A DNA stretch of 64,000 bases from Geosiphon pyriformis uo1 (Eukaryota; Fungi; Glomeromycota), in NCBI GenBank assembly GCA_016748015.1, contig JAAOMT010000400.1, forward strand, positions 310,001 through 374,000. Reading direction: 5' to 3'. A model generated the notes under the pieces. That model did no database searches. It worked only from the letters and a program-made list of their open reading frames with translations, and was not told the DNA's origin. Of the stretch, positions 13,826 through 25,600 are shown in pieces. Each line of letters starts with the position of its first letter. Position 1 is the stretch's first letter. The position numbers and the translations under genes are program-made.

Positions 13826-14975
13826 ATGAACACACAAAAATATTTACAATTTCAACATTATATTAATATTTAATAATTCAAGAGAAAATTATCTCAAAAG
13901 AAATTAAACAACATAAAACAACAATCAAAATATTTTATTACTCACCAAAATATACTATATTAGAAAAACAAAAAAAATCCAGATTAACTACTCAAAATAA
14001 TCACAAAACCAAAGAAAAAAACAATACTATACAACATGTACTCAGATCTAACAGCAGAACATTTTCATAAAAAAACAATCATAAAAAGAATCAAAAAAAG
14101 ATATTATTGGCTATTAATATATTTAGATATTATCTAATACATTCAAAATTGTAATACTTGTCAAAAAAAAGAAGGAATAAGACCCAATAAATTACTAAAA
14201 CCAATTAGAATGAGATAACTATTTGATTGAATTGGAATTAACTTAGTCAGACCATTAACAATAACTAACAAAAACAATTGTTATATAGTAGTAATCATGA
14301 ATTATTTCACAAAATAGCCAGAAGTGAAAGCAATTCAAAGAGCAGATGCAGAATCTATAGTCAAATTTGTTTACCAAAATTTGATTTGTTAACATAGATG
14401 TCCAAAAAAATTATTATCAAACCAAGAAATCTACTTTGTAAACAGAATATTAACAGAATTAAGTCAAAGATTTAGAATCAAAAAACCATTATTATTATTA
14501 TATCATTTATAAACAAATGGCTTAGTTAAAAAGTTCAACAGAACATTGTGTGAAACAATAGCAAAAATCAGCCAAGAAAACCAAAATGAATGAAATTTGT
14601 TTATATTATCAATACTATTTGCTTATCAAACAATGAAACAAGATACTACACAAGCAACACTATTTGAACTTGTTTATGATAAAACAGCAATATTACCAGT
14701 GAAAATAGACATCAACACATATCCAACTGAACCAATAATAGAAGGCAACTTTCAAAAAACATTGCTAAAAAAACATATAACTTAATAAAAACTCTAGAAA
14801 ACAAAAGATAAAAAACAGTTAAAAATATACAAAAGTCACAAGAAAAGCAAAAAAAGTGACATAATAACCAACTATTAGACAAACCAGTTAAATTCAAAAT
14901 TGAAGACAAAGTACTTTTACATTATACCAAAGTAGAAAAACAATGGAATGGAAAATTCGATCTCAAATGAGATGG
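13826..14975 (+). pseudogene. B1 integrase (separate ORF), truncated
   Basis: ATG at 13826 (MNTQKYLQ). HHCC remnant (H..H..CNTC) and core remnants IGINLV and QTNGLV; ORF fragment 14597-14785. Confidence 0.8.
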
Positions 14976-16017
14976 TATTACTGGAAGTTTTTGGTCTTTT
15001 TTCTTGAATATTGTTAATATCTATTTGTTGTGACTTTACATTTTCTGAAAGTAGTTGAACCTTTGATAACTGAATTTATCTTCAAATTATCTCTTATAAT
15101 TTAAACTACTGGGCTTATAAGTGGAATAGCCAATTTTATGCCAATTACTTTGTGTAATTATGTTGTAGTAAACATCAATTTTTTCCCAAAAATTGCTCAT
15201 CTGGAAGCTTACTAAAATGTATAGTTACTTTGCTGTGAAAATCAACTCTTCTATAAAAATCTTGTCTATAAGCTACTCTAATAATTATTATAAAAAAAAT
15301 AGAATTTTGTTAAGGAAAACGTTTTCTATTCAGGCCTGAAGTTACTAACAGATTACTGAAATTGGTAGCTAATTAATTTTAAAATGTTAGTTGTATTGAG
15401 GGAATTTCAAGTGTAATAATCAAAGAATTTGGTTTTTGAATATTTAATTTTTATTTGATATGTGTAAAAAAAAATTTGTTTCAATTAAGATATCTAAAGT
15501 AAGATACTATAGTAAGATACATTTTCTTGAAAAAAGAAGCTTTTTTTTATACAACTTGTTGTAATATTAGTCTTTGAACTTGCATTTTTCTTTTTGCTAT
15601 AATTTTGGTAAACTAAAGATACATTTTAACAAACTACAAGTTATTTCTACAAATTATTAATTATTTCGGCCAATTTTTATTAATTTCAGCAAATTTTGAC
15701 TATATTAAATAGTTCAGAGTATTGTGTAATTTGATTATTTTAATTTCTATAGTACAAATCAAATTATTAATTGAATAATAATATTTGATAATTGGATTAA
15801 ATAATAAGTGATAATTAAAATGATAATAATATATACTAATTAATAATAAAAATTATAAAGATAACTTCATATTAATTAATAGCTAAAATTTTACTGGTAA
15901 TATAATCTTCTCTTTAAAACTGAGCTTTGTCAAAGTCCAAGTATTATCTGTGATGTTAAAATAGTGGTCCAAAATAATTGAAGTAATCTGGTTAAAAATT
16001 GTTAAAATTTCAGTTTT
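14976..16017 (-). mobile_element. A': 3' LTR (14976-15902) plus PPT and ORF3 end of an A-family element, truncated at about 16017
   Basis: The reverse complement aligns with 36825-37904 of element A (ORF3 end, GAGCTCAG motif, PPT, LTR). Confidence 0.87.
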
Positions 16018-17401
16018 AAATACTGGTTATATAATAGAAATTAATTAATGAGTGGAGATAATTTCTCCCTTGTTAATAACTTCTTCCTTTGTTATATTAA
16101 TTGATATATCTATTCTACTCATAAATCCAAATCCATTTTTCTCTTTGGCTGTAATCCTTAATTATTTTTTTGTTTCTACTGATATTAACTGAACTATTTT
16201 TACCAGAGATAGGAATATTGTCTGTGCTATCTTTTTATTTAGTTTAATAATATATTCTTTTTCCAAGTTATTTTGTAGTATTACAATAATATTTTTTACA
16301 TATCCTGTATTAATTATTTTTTCTCTAATGTTGATTTTTTTTTTGCTAAACTAGATCTAGATATTAATTGAACCATTGTTGTTGCTAGAATTTCTAATGT
16401 TATTTTTAAATCAATGCAGATGCATAAATATAGTTCCAATTTGATGACATCTTTTTTTGAATATTTCAAATTGAATTCTGTATTGGTATTATGTGTGTAT
16501 TCTGACATAATACTTTCATTGTTATTGCTAAACCATTCAGAATTATAATCAAAGTTTGAATTGTCATTATTATAGTCATAGTAAATAGAGTTAGAACCAT
16601 TATTGTTATCATTGTCAGAGTCTGAATTGGGATTAAATTTTAATCCTAATTTTTCTGTGTATTTGCTGATTGGTTTTTCCTCTTTGGAAATTAAATAGAT
16701 TATGCATAATAGTGGATTGTAAATAATATTACAATTATTACAATACTAAAAGTCATATAGTATTAAACAATGATTACATAGGCAAGTATTAAGCTGTTCT
16801 AAATATTGCTTTTGTTCCTTTCTAGTGAGTGCTAATTTTTAGTAGTGTTTATGAAATTGTTCAGGATCTATTACATTAAGAATAATATTGGGGTTTGGGA
16901 TTCAAATAATTTCTTTGGATTTTGATAAGTTGTTTTTGATTGTTTTTATTTTTTTTGGTATTGTACCTTCGATTTTGGCTATTGCTATTCTTCATATTTT
17001 ATTATCATTGTGTTGACAGTTATTTAAACATTTCAAAGTTCTTTGCCAGACAGCATCTATTAAGATATTTTTTTTATCTAATTACTGATTAGAATCATGT
17101 ATTGATACAATTTATTACATATTTTTCTATGACCAGAAATGTCATTCCACATTTCTTTATCTAGAAAAGTTTCTCCACATGCAAAACATGATTTGTTGTT
17201 CCATTTTTCTTGTCTTTTTAGTCATTCAAAGCATTCAAAAACACATAGGCAGCAGTAGTATTTTGTGGCTATTGGCTATTTCTTATTATTACCATAATAT
17301 GCACTCATTGTTGACAATTTTTTGCCATAATCAATGCAAATTAGCTTGGGTTAATGATAATTTGGCTGTAGTTAAATGGTAATAATGTATGGTGTATATG
17401 T

Positions 17402-18395
17402 TGTTATCAGTAGAATTTTAGCTATCAATTAGCATGAAATTACTCTTATAATTTCTATAAATTAATTAATATATTAATATTATTTCAAATTATCACTTAT
17501 TATTTAATCAATTATCACATATCACAATTCAATTAAATAATCCAATTAGTATGACAGAAAGTAGAATGATCAAATTACACAATACCCTGAACTTTGTAAC
17601 ATTCTAAAATTCGCCGAAATTTACAGAAATTCGCCGAAATTTATAAAAATTCGCCAAAATTATGAATAGTTCACCCAAATTAATCAATAGTTCAGTGAAA
17701 TAACTTATAGTTCATCAAAATGTATCTTTAGTTTGCCAAAATTTAAGCAAAGAAAAAAAGTGCAAGTCCATAGACTAGTACTACAACAAGTTGTATAAAA
17801 GAAGAGCTTTTCTCTTTAAGAAAATGTATCTTACTTTAGATTTATCACTTAGAATCATTCCTACACACAAAAAAAAGAAATAAATATCAAATAATTCGAA
17901 AAACCAAATTCTTTAATTATTGCACTTGGAACATCCCCAAAACCCAACTAGCATTTTGAAATTGATTAGCTACCAATTTCAGTAAACTGTTAGTGACTCC
18001 AGGCCTGGATAGAAAACGTTTCCCTTGACAGAATTCTATTTCTTTTACATTTTTTTTACTTTTCTTTTATTTTCTTATTATAATTATTAGGGTAGTCTAC
18101 AGACAAGATTCTTGTAGAAGAGTTAACTTTCACAACAAAGTAACTACACATTTTTAGTGAGCTTCCAGATGAGCAATTCCTGGGAAAGAGTTGATGTTTA
18201 CTACAATGTAACTACATAAAGTAACTGGCAAGAAATTGCCCATTTCACTTATAAGCCCAGCAAATTCAAATTATAGAAGATAATTTGAAAATAAATTCAG
18301 TTACTGGAGGTCCAACTACTTCCTAGAAACGTAAATTCACAGCAAATCAACATTAACAACATTCAAGAAAAGAGACCAAAAAACCTTCAGTAACA
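17402..18395 (+). repeat. 5' LTR of A
   Basis: Near-identical to 36942-37904. Has 3 copies of a 20-bp AATTCGCCGAAATTTACAGA-type unit, against 2 in the 3' LTR. Confidence 0.95.
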
Positions 18396-18397
18396 TT

Positions 18398-18413
18398 TGG
18401 TGCTCTCCCACGG
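18398..18413 (+). promoter_or_regulatory. Primer-binding site of A (TGGTGCTCTCCCACGG)
   Basis: TGG start 2 nt after the LTR. Confidence 0.8.
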
Positions 18414-21400
18414 AAATAACACAGCAACAACAAATTCAAAGTGGTGACCATACCAGACACAGCAACTCTAGAATATTACCAGTCAATTTACACCCACTGC
18501 AAGCAAAGATTCAACATTTCAGACGGAATTGAAGTTGTCAAGAAATCAGTATACCAATACATTGAAAACTGCATCAACAATTATTTTTTTGGAAACTACA
18601 ACATTTCAGAAGTCAGAAGCAATCTCTACAATAATTTAGTGCACTATTCACGATTGAGAACAGAAGACCTGAACAGTGAAACACTTGCTATCTACTTCCA
18701 AAAACTTAATTTTAATATTATTGAGTATTGTGAAGAAAAATACCCAGTACAGTCTCAATACTCTATTGACTTTGAATCAGAGACAAAAACAAGCAACAAA
18801 GGCAAACAAAGATTGAAGCAATACTCAAAAACCACTCTAAACACTCTAACACTACAAAAGACAACTGCCAAACATTTGCAAACACCTGAACAAAGAACCA
18901 GTGTCAAATTACCATTTTCTATTACACCATTTCCAATTTTACTTGTTCAACCACAAACACCAAATTTACCACTCAACCACTTCTTCAGACCAGAAGATTT
19001 TCAGTCACCTAATCCTACTCAACAGCAGAAACCAATATCAACAAGTGCTAATATCATTGATTACTTATAGGAAAATGAAAGTAATCATTTAGAAAGCTTG
19101 GAAAGTAAAGAAACTGAATCTGAACCAGAAGAAATTATAGAAAATGAAGAAGAAATAACAACTGCTTACATTGCAAAAATCTCAGAATTTACTGGTAAAG
19201 ACAATGATACCAGTCCTCAAGAATGGCTTAACAAAGGTTAAAAAGCAAGAAATGCAAATGGTTGGATTGCAGCAAGAATGCTCAAAGCAATCCCATACTT
19301 TCTTTAAGGAACTGCAGGAGAATAGTTTGAAAACTTAGAAGAACTATTTGAAAACTGGCAAGCATTCAAAGATGCTTTCTTACAACAATTTACTAACAAC
19401 AACACCTTTATTACTCTCCACAATCACTTTCACAATATCAAACAAGAAACATCTGAAACTGTCATGACCTATCTTGGAAGATTCAACAAACTTCTCAAAC
19501 AAATTTGACAATTGAAAACCAATGACTACTATTCAAATGCCCAAATTCTGGATCAGTTTATAACAGGATTAAAAGACAAACTGATTAAGAAAGTCTGCCC
19601 ACATGCTCCAGCAGACTTAGCAACTGCCATTAGACATGCAAAGAGCTATGAAATGGCAATGGAAGAAGCAAATCACACCAAGCTTGTAAATCTTGCAATT
19701 GGAGAAACCAGCTTAGCAGCTGAAAAAAAGATAGACTAACTCACAAAGAAGGTTGAAAGCTATTTTACAAACCAACAACAACAGCAGCAACAACCACAAA
19801 GATATCAACCACCACAACGATGCAACCAAAACAATTTTGGATTATTCTCCAACAACCAACCTCAAAATTGTCATTATTGTGGAATTCCAGGACACTGGAA
19901 ACGAGATTGCAGAAAATTGCAAAGAGACCAACAAAACAGAAGTAATCAACATTATTCTTTACCACAACAATTTTACTACCAACCTCTACCACCAACTTAT
20001 TATTTACCAAGACCACAAAATCAAAACAGTTACTATCAACCAGTTTCACAACCAATGCAGCAACAATATTAGCAACTTTTATTAATTCAACCATATCAGA
20101 CACCACCAATTCAACAATATTAAGTACCAGCAAAAAGATTGGTTCAACATAACCAATTTACACCCCAAAATCAATTTCAGAATAACAATAACAGAATCAA
20201 TTCCAATAACCAGTTGGTTCTCCGAAATTCTGGTCAGCAAAAACCCAATCACTATTACACTCAATCCAGTTATCTTACAATACCAGAGAAATCGGATTTT
20301 CAACAACTTGCACTTTTTGAAGGTGAAGTTGCAGCATCCAGATCAAACCCTTCCAACAACACTATTCTACCAGTTCAAATTGCCCAAAATGCCAACCTTT
20401 CAGATATATTCCCATTCGAATTTAAAGCAAATAAATCACCATTTTTACTTAGTAATACAACAGCTAATAAACAAAAAGCTATTACTGTCATGTACACTGA
20501 AACTACAGTAGAAGGAAAACCCATCCGACTAATTCTAGACAGTGGATCAGCTGGAAGTATTATCACTTACCAGTTAATACAACAGCTTCAAAGAACTGTT
20601 AACAGACCAGCCCAAACTGTAATTGTTACAGCAGATAGTATGAAAAAGACACCAGTAGGAGAAATTGACAATTTTCTATTTACCATTGATGAAATCACCA
20701 TTCCAGTTAAAGTTCTAGTCATGGATGCACCCCAATACCAAGCTCTGGTCAGAAATGATTGGCTTCTTAAGGCCAATGCAAACTTGGACTGAGAAACTCA
20801 GGAACTAAAAATCTCATACCAAAAACAATACACCATAGTATCTGCTACTTGTGGTACTTTTAACAAACAATTAGAAAAAGCCCCAGTATTTGAATTTGAA
20901 GAGGAGAAAGAAATACCACTTACTGAAACCTACACAGCTCTTGGATTAACATTCAATTGGGCTGAAAAAACAGAACAAGAGATTTTTAAAGAATCAAGAG
21001 AATGGAAGAAAGTTAGATATTCTATACCAGAACCACAGAAACAACCACCTTATATTCCACTTAAATGCAAAGATTACAACAAAAAACTTTCATCAATGGG
21101 AGCATGTATTTCTCCAGAAGAGGAATATGAAACTCATATCTGTTACTTTTGCAAAGCATGCCATAGAGAACGATTTGGATTTCCAAAAAGAAATGGAAAA
21201 TGGGACAAGACATCTTGCCTTACATGTGGAGATATGCTACCAGAAGAATGCAACTGAATTAATGTTGCAATGAGAGGAAAAGTATGTAATCAAACCTGTT
21301 AATATGCTTTATCAATTTCAGAAAAAGTCAGAAGAGGAACACCATTTGATGCAGCATACAACAGTGCTCTCAATAAACTTTACCACTATCCTCATGATGC

Positions 21401-21776
21401 TGAAATAATTTTTGACCTAGCAATAGCATTAATCAATAGAGCTATACAAAAAGATGTCCACCAAATGAAAGAAGCTGAATACATTGAGTATATCATAGAA
21501 TTAACTGGATTTGATTATGAAGATAAAGTAGAAACCTACCACCAAATTGCAAGTCACACATATTCGACCCAAGAAGCTCAAATTCAATGATTAGAGCAAA
21601 TAAACATTCAATTATGTAAAGAATACATCATGCTTTGTAATGACAAATGGTGTTCAGAATACTATGCTCTTAGCATTCTCCTGCCTAGTGAAAATAACCA
21701 GAAAGAAATTGAATTTGGGAAACCAGAAACAAAAGAAGAAATTGCAACCATACTAATTTATCTTACTAAAAACCAG

Positions 21777-22606
21777 TGTTACGGTTTAAGAATTTAGTAA
21801 AAAGAATCATAAAAATAATACAAATTATTCAATCATAATATAGCACAGTAATAATTTTAGAAAGGTAATAATTAACATAGTAGCAAACACCATCTCACGA
21901 TAGTGGCAAGCACCAGTTCACAATAGCAGCCAACACCAACTGGTGATAGCAGCAAACACCAGGTTGAAATATCAAAAAAAAAGTATTTTCTCATAGAACT
22001 ACAAACATGTATATATACAGTAGTTTTAATATTGGGAAATAATCAATCAAGTAATAAAAAATCATAACTTATCAAATCATACTTTCAAATTAAATATCCC
22101 AAGAAACCTTTAAAAATCAAAAAGAAATGAAAAAGAATATTTAAAACGGAACTATCACAACCCAAAGTATTAAGAAACTTACTTGTATTATTTATTGAAT
22201 GAAACTATCATTCATCAACTGAATCCCTTGGAAGAATAATCCTTGATCAAAATTATTCACGTTGTTACTAATTGATAAAAGCTTTATTGTGAGAATTAGA
22301 AAAGCACTAAAGACTATTAACATTCTGTGTTTCTAGATTAGAGAAACACATCAGGCAATTGCAAAGATAGCCTCAGAGAAGACCCCAGACAGTGGATAGA
22401 TTTCAGTTCAGCCTCTAAGAAAGAGTACATAAACACACACAACAATTAAGAATTAAAGAATAACTTATATCGCAACAGTAAAAAGAAAGCCTTCAGTGTA
22501 ACAGTGACATTATCACACAAATAGAATTGAAGAACTCACAAAAGACTGATTGCAATTAAAGCAAGATATCAGCAATTAAATATAACAAGAAAACCATCCT
22601 GTAACA
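21777..22606 (+). repeat. 5' LTR of E
   Basis: Matches 31494-32361 except for a 38-bp indel and transition substitutions. Confidence 0.95.
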
Positions 22607-22608
22607 TT

Positions 22609-22625
22609 TGGTGAACCCTACGAGG
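22609..22625 (+). promoter_or_regulatory. Primer-binding site of E (TGGTGAACCCTACGAGG)
   Basis: TGG start 2 nt after the LTR. Its complement ends …GGGUUCACCA. Confidence 0.8.
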
Positions 22626-22688
22626 AAAAAAAATCAAAAAGGAAATAATAATTAGCAATAATTCATTGCTAAAAAGGAAAAGACAAAA

Positions 22689-25600
22689 GTGGTGACAAAA
22701 ACCCCTAATCTTACTGTTCTTGAATTTTGCCGTGCTATTTACACACAAAATCAAAGTGATCTTGGATTACCAAAAGGGTGTTGTCCAGCAGAATCTGCCC
22801 TCACTTATTATATCAACGCCAGAATAAATTATCATATAGGAAAGGAAGAAGAACCACACGACGCAAAACTTGGATTGTATAGAGAATTATCACAATACAC
22901 TACAAAAGAAGTAGCAGTAATAGCCGCAACTATTGTCAAAATCCATCGAGAAATTGAGCAATACGCCAACAAAAATTTTCTAATATCCACAGGAAACACT
23001 AGGGAACACGCCAACAAAACCAAAGAAAATTTAGAAACTAATCAGGAAAGTAACCAGCAAAAACTAGGAACACCAGCTCAAACGCCAAAGAAAACTGTCA
23101 CTCAATCAATAAAGAAACAACGTATTTATTCACCAGAAGATAAATCATACCATTTTTCACTAGAAAATAAGATACAAATTCCATTAGGAGCTGCATCATC
23201 ATCAACATCAACTCCACAAATGCCAAAAACTCCTAGTTATATTGATAAAATTAAACAACGTAACTGGGGAGACATACCAATTACAGGAGGATATTCATCA
23301 CTATTCCAAAACCCTCTTTTTCAGCCAAAATTTAGAACGGGGTTTGAAAACCGTGAAGAGGAGTCTGAATCGGAATCCGAAAAAGAGACCAGCGAAAAAA
23401 CAATCACAAGACCAGTCACTGAAACAAGCAGCCAGTCCAGAAACCAAGAAACTCGTGATTAAGAGGAAGAACCGGATATAAGGGAAGCCACCTTTAGGAA
23501 CGCTCAAGGAAATATCATCCCACCTCCTCTTAAACCAATAAACCCACCAGCAGAAAACGGCAATGAAATGACCACACCATATATTATAAGACTAACAGAT
23601 TTCTCAGGAGAGGAAGAAGAAATGGATGTGCACACATGGCTCAGAGAAGCACAAAAAGCCATCCAGGCAAATAACTGGAACAACCAAAGAGCAATTCAAA
23701 CATTACCTTTCTTCCTGAAAGGCACAGCCGACTCGTGGTATTAAAGCCTGGAAACAAAACCCACGAGCTTCGCCAAATTTAAAAATGCACTCCTGGAGTA
23801 TTTTAGCGACCCAAATGCCGTAATCCAACTACAGAACGAATTCAATACTATCAAGCAAAATACCAGTGAAACTGTCACCCAATACCTTGCTCGATTCAAT
23901 CAAATTTGCCATTAAATTGAAATGATTGAACAAGAATACTACACTGATCCTCAGGTCTGTCTCTTATACACATCTCAAGAATTCCTCCAAATTGAGCCAG
24001 ACAATACCACCAGCAGTTGCCACCGAAAATAGCAGCCTCGCAGCTATTTTTCCTTTTGAATTAGAGGAAAACAAGGCTATGTTCAGTGGAGCAGCATTGG
24101 ATGAAAAACACCCAATCACTGCTATGTATACAGAAGCCACTGTAAACAATACCCCAATTAAACTTATCTTAGACAGCGGATCCGCTGGAAGCATCGTAAC
24201 GCTTCAACTAGTAAACCAACTGGGTTTCAAAGTTGATCGTGCCGCGACGTCCCAAATCATAACAGCCAATGGAAGTACAAAGCTGCCTCATGGCGAAATT
24301 GACTCATTCCCTTTCGAAATTAATGGCATAGTAATACCTACAAAAGTATTAGTAATGGATGCTACACAATATCAAGCGTTAGTAGGGAATGACTGGCTAA
24401 CAAAAGCCAATGCCACCTTAGACTGGACCACCCAAGAGCTTCTGATCAATTATAATGGCCACCAGGCCAAAATTCCAGCCACCTGTGGCCACTTCTAAAA
24501 ACCCAGTGCCAACCAAAGACCTACCTTNNNNNNNNNNNNNNNNNNNNTCAGATTGAAGCGATTGAACAAGGATACTACACTGATCCTCAGGTTTTAAATC
24601 AGTTTATTAGAGGATTAAAAAGCAGCATTTTAGGAAGAGTACGTCCTGCCCACCCTAATTCCTTACCAGAAGCCGTTACGCTCGCCAGAGCCCTTGAATC
24701 AGCTGAGAAAGAAGCTAACCATAGTCAAATAGTTAACATGGTAATGGAGGAAAATAAGACAGAAACATTAAAGAAAAGAGTAACGCGATTAGGGGAGGAA
24801 CTCTTTAAGAAAATAGAAAGTTACCTCATCCCGGATCCGAGAAAAAATACATACCAACCACTTCAAAGACGCAGCCAGGAAGTCAGCAACAGTCGAAATA
24901 ATCGCTCGTTGCGCCAGGAATTCAGAACAGAAACACACGCCTGCCATTTTTGCAAACGCGTAGGACATTTGATTAGTCAATGTCGAACATGAATGATGCA
25001 GGAAGCATGCGAAAATAATTACTACGTGCCACTCCAAATGTCCAGAAGCCAGTACATGCCAATACCACGCCAATATTCTACCACGTATCAAAATCAAAGA
25101 GCTTACCAGCAACAGCCCATGATAGCCAACCCGAATTGGCGTTCCGAGGCCCGAAATCAGCCCATGTAGAACCAAAACGCATTGGTCCAGAGGAATTCAA
25201 ACCGCGCCAGAACCAATCAGCAAACCAATCCAAACTACCAAAATTATCAACAAACTTACCTTAATATACCGGAAAACCTGATCATCGGAAACAATGATGG
25301 TAGAAACATAAACAGAACCAAAAATTCCTCCAAATTGAGCCAGACAATACCACCAGCAGTTGCCACCGAAAATAGCAGCCTCGCAGCTATTTTTCCTTTT
25401 GAATTAGAGGAAAACAAGGCTATGTTCAGTGGAGCAGCATTGGATGAAAAACACCCAATCACTGCTATGTATACAGAAGCCACTGTAAACAATACCCCAA
25501 TTAAACTTATCTTAGACAGCGGATCCGCTGGAAGCATCGTAACGCTTCAACTAGTAAACCAACTGGGTTTCAAAGTTGATCGTGCCGCGACGTCCCAAAT

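Larger units (their letters stand above)
5953..14975 (+). mobile_element. Gypsy-like LTR retrotransposon B1 (5' LTR to integrase), interrupted by a solo LTR and cut at 14975 by A'
   Basis: 5' LTR, PBS, then decayed gag, protease (LILDNRL), Cys-rich region, dUTPase, RT, RNase H and integrase ending at KQWNGKFDLK*DG. Confidence 0.88.

Noticed and set aside
23926-24498. Apparent tandem second protease gene in E
   Set aside because: It starts at a Nextera adapter (translated SVSYTHL), ends at an N gap and is almost identical to 25319-25869, so it is an assembly artefact.
24990-25185. Programmed gag-pol frameshift or readthrough site in E
   Set aside because: Gag and protease are in the same frame, and the intervening stops look like CGA>TGA and CAA/CAG>TAA/TAG-type decay.
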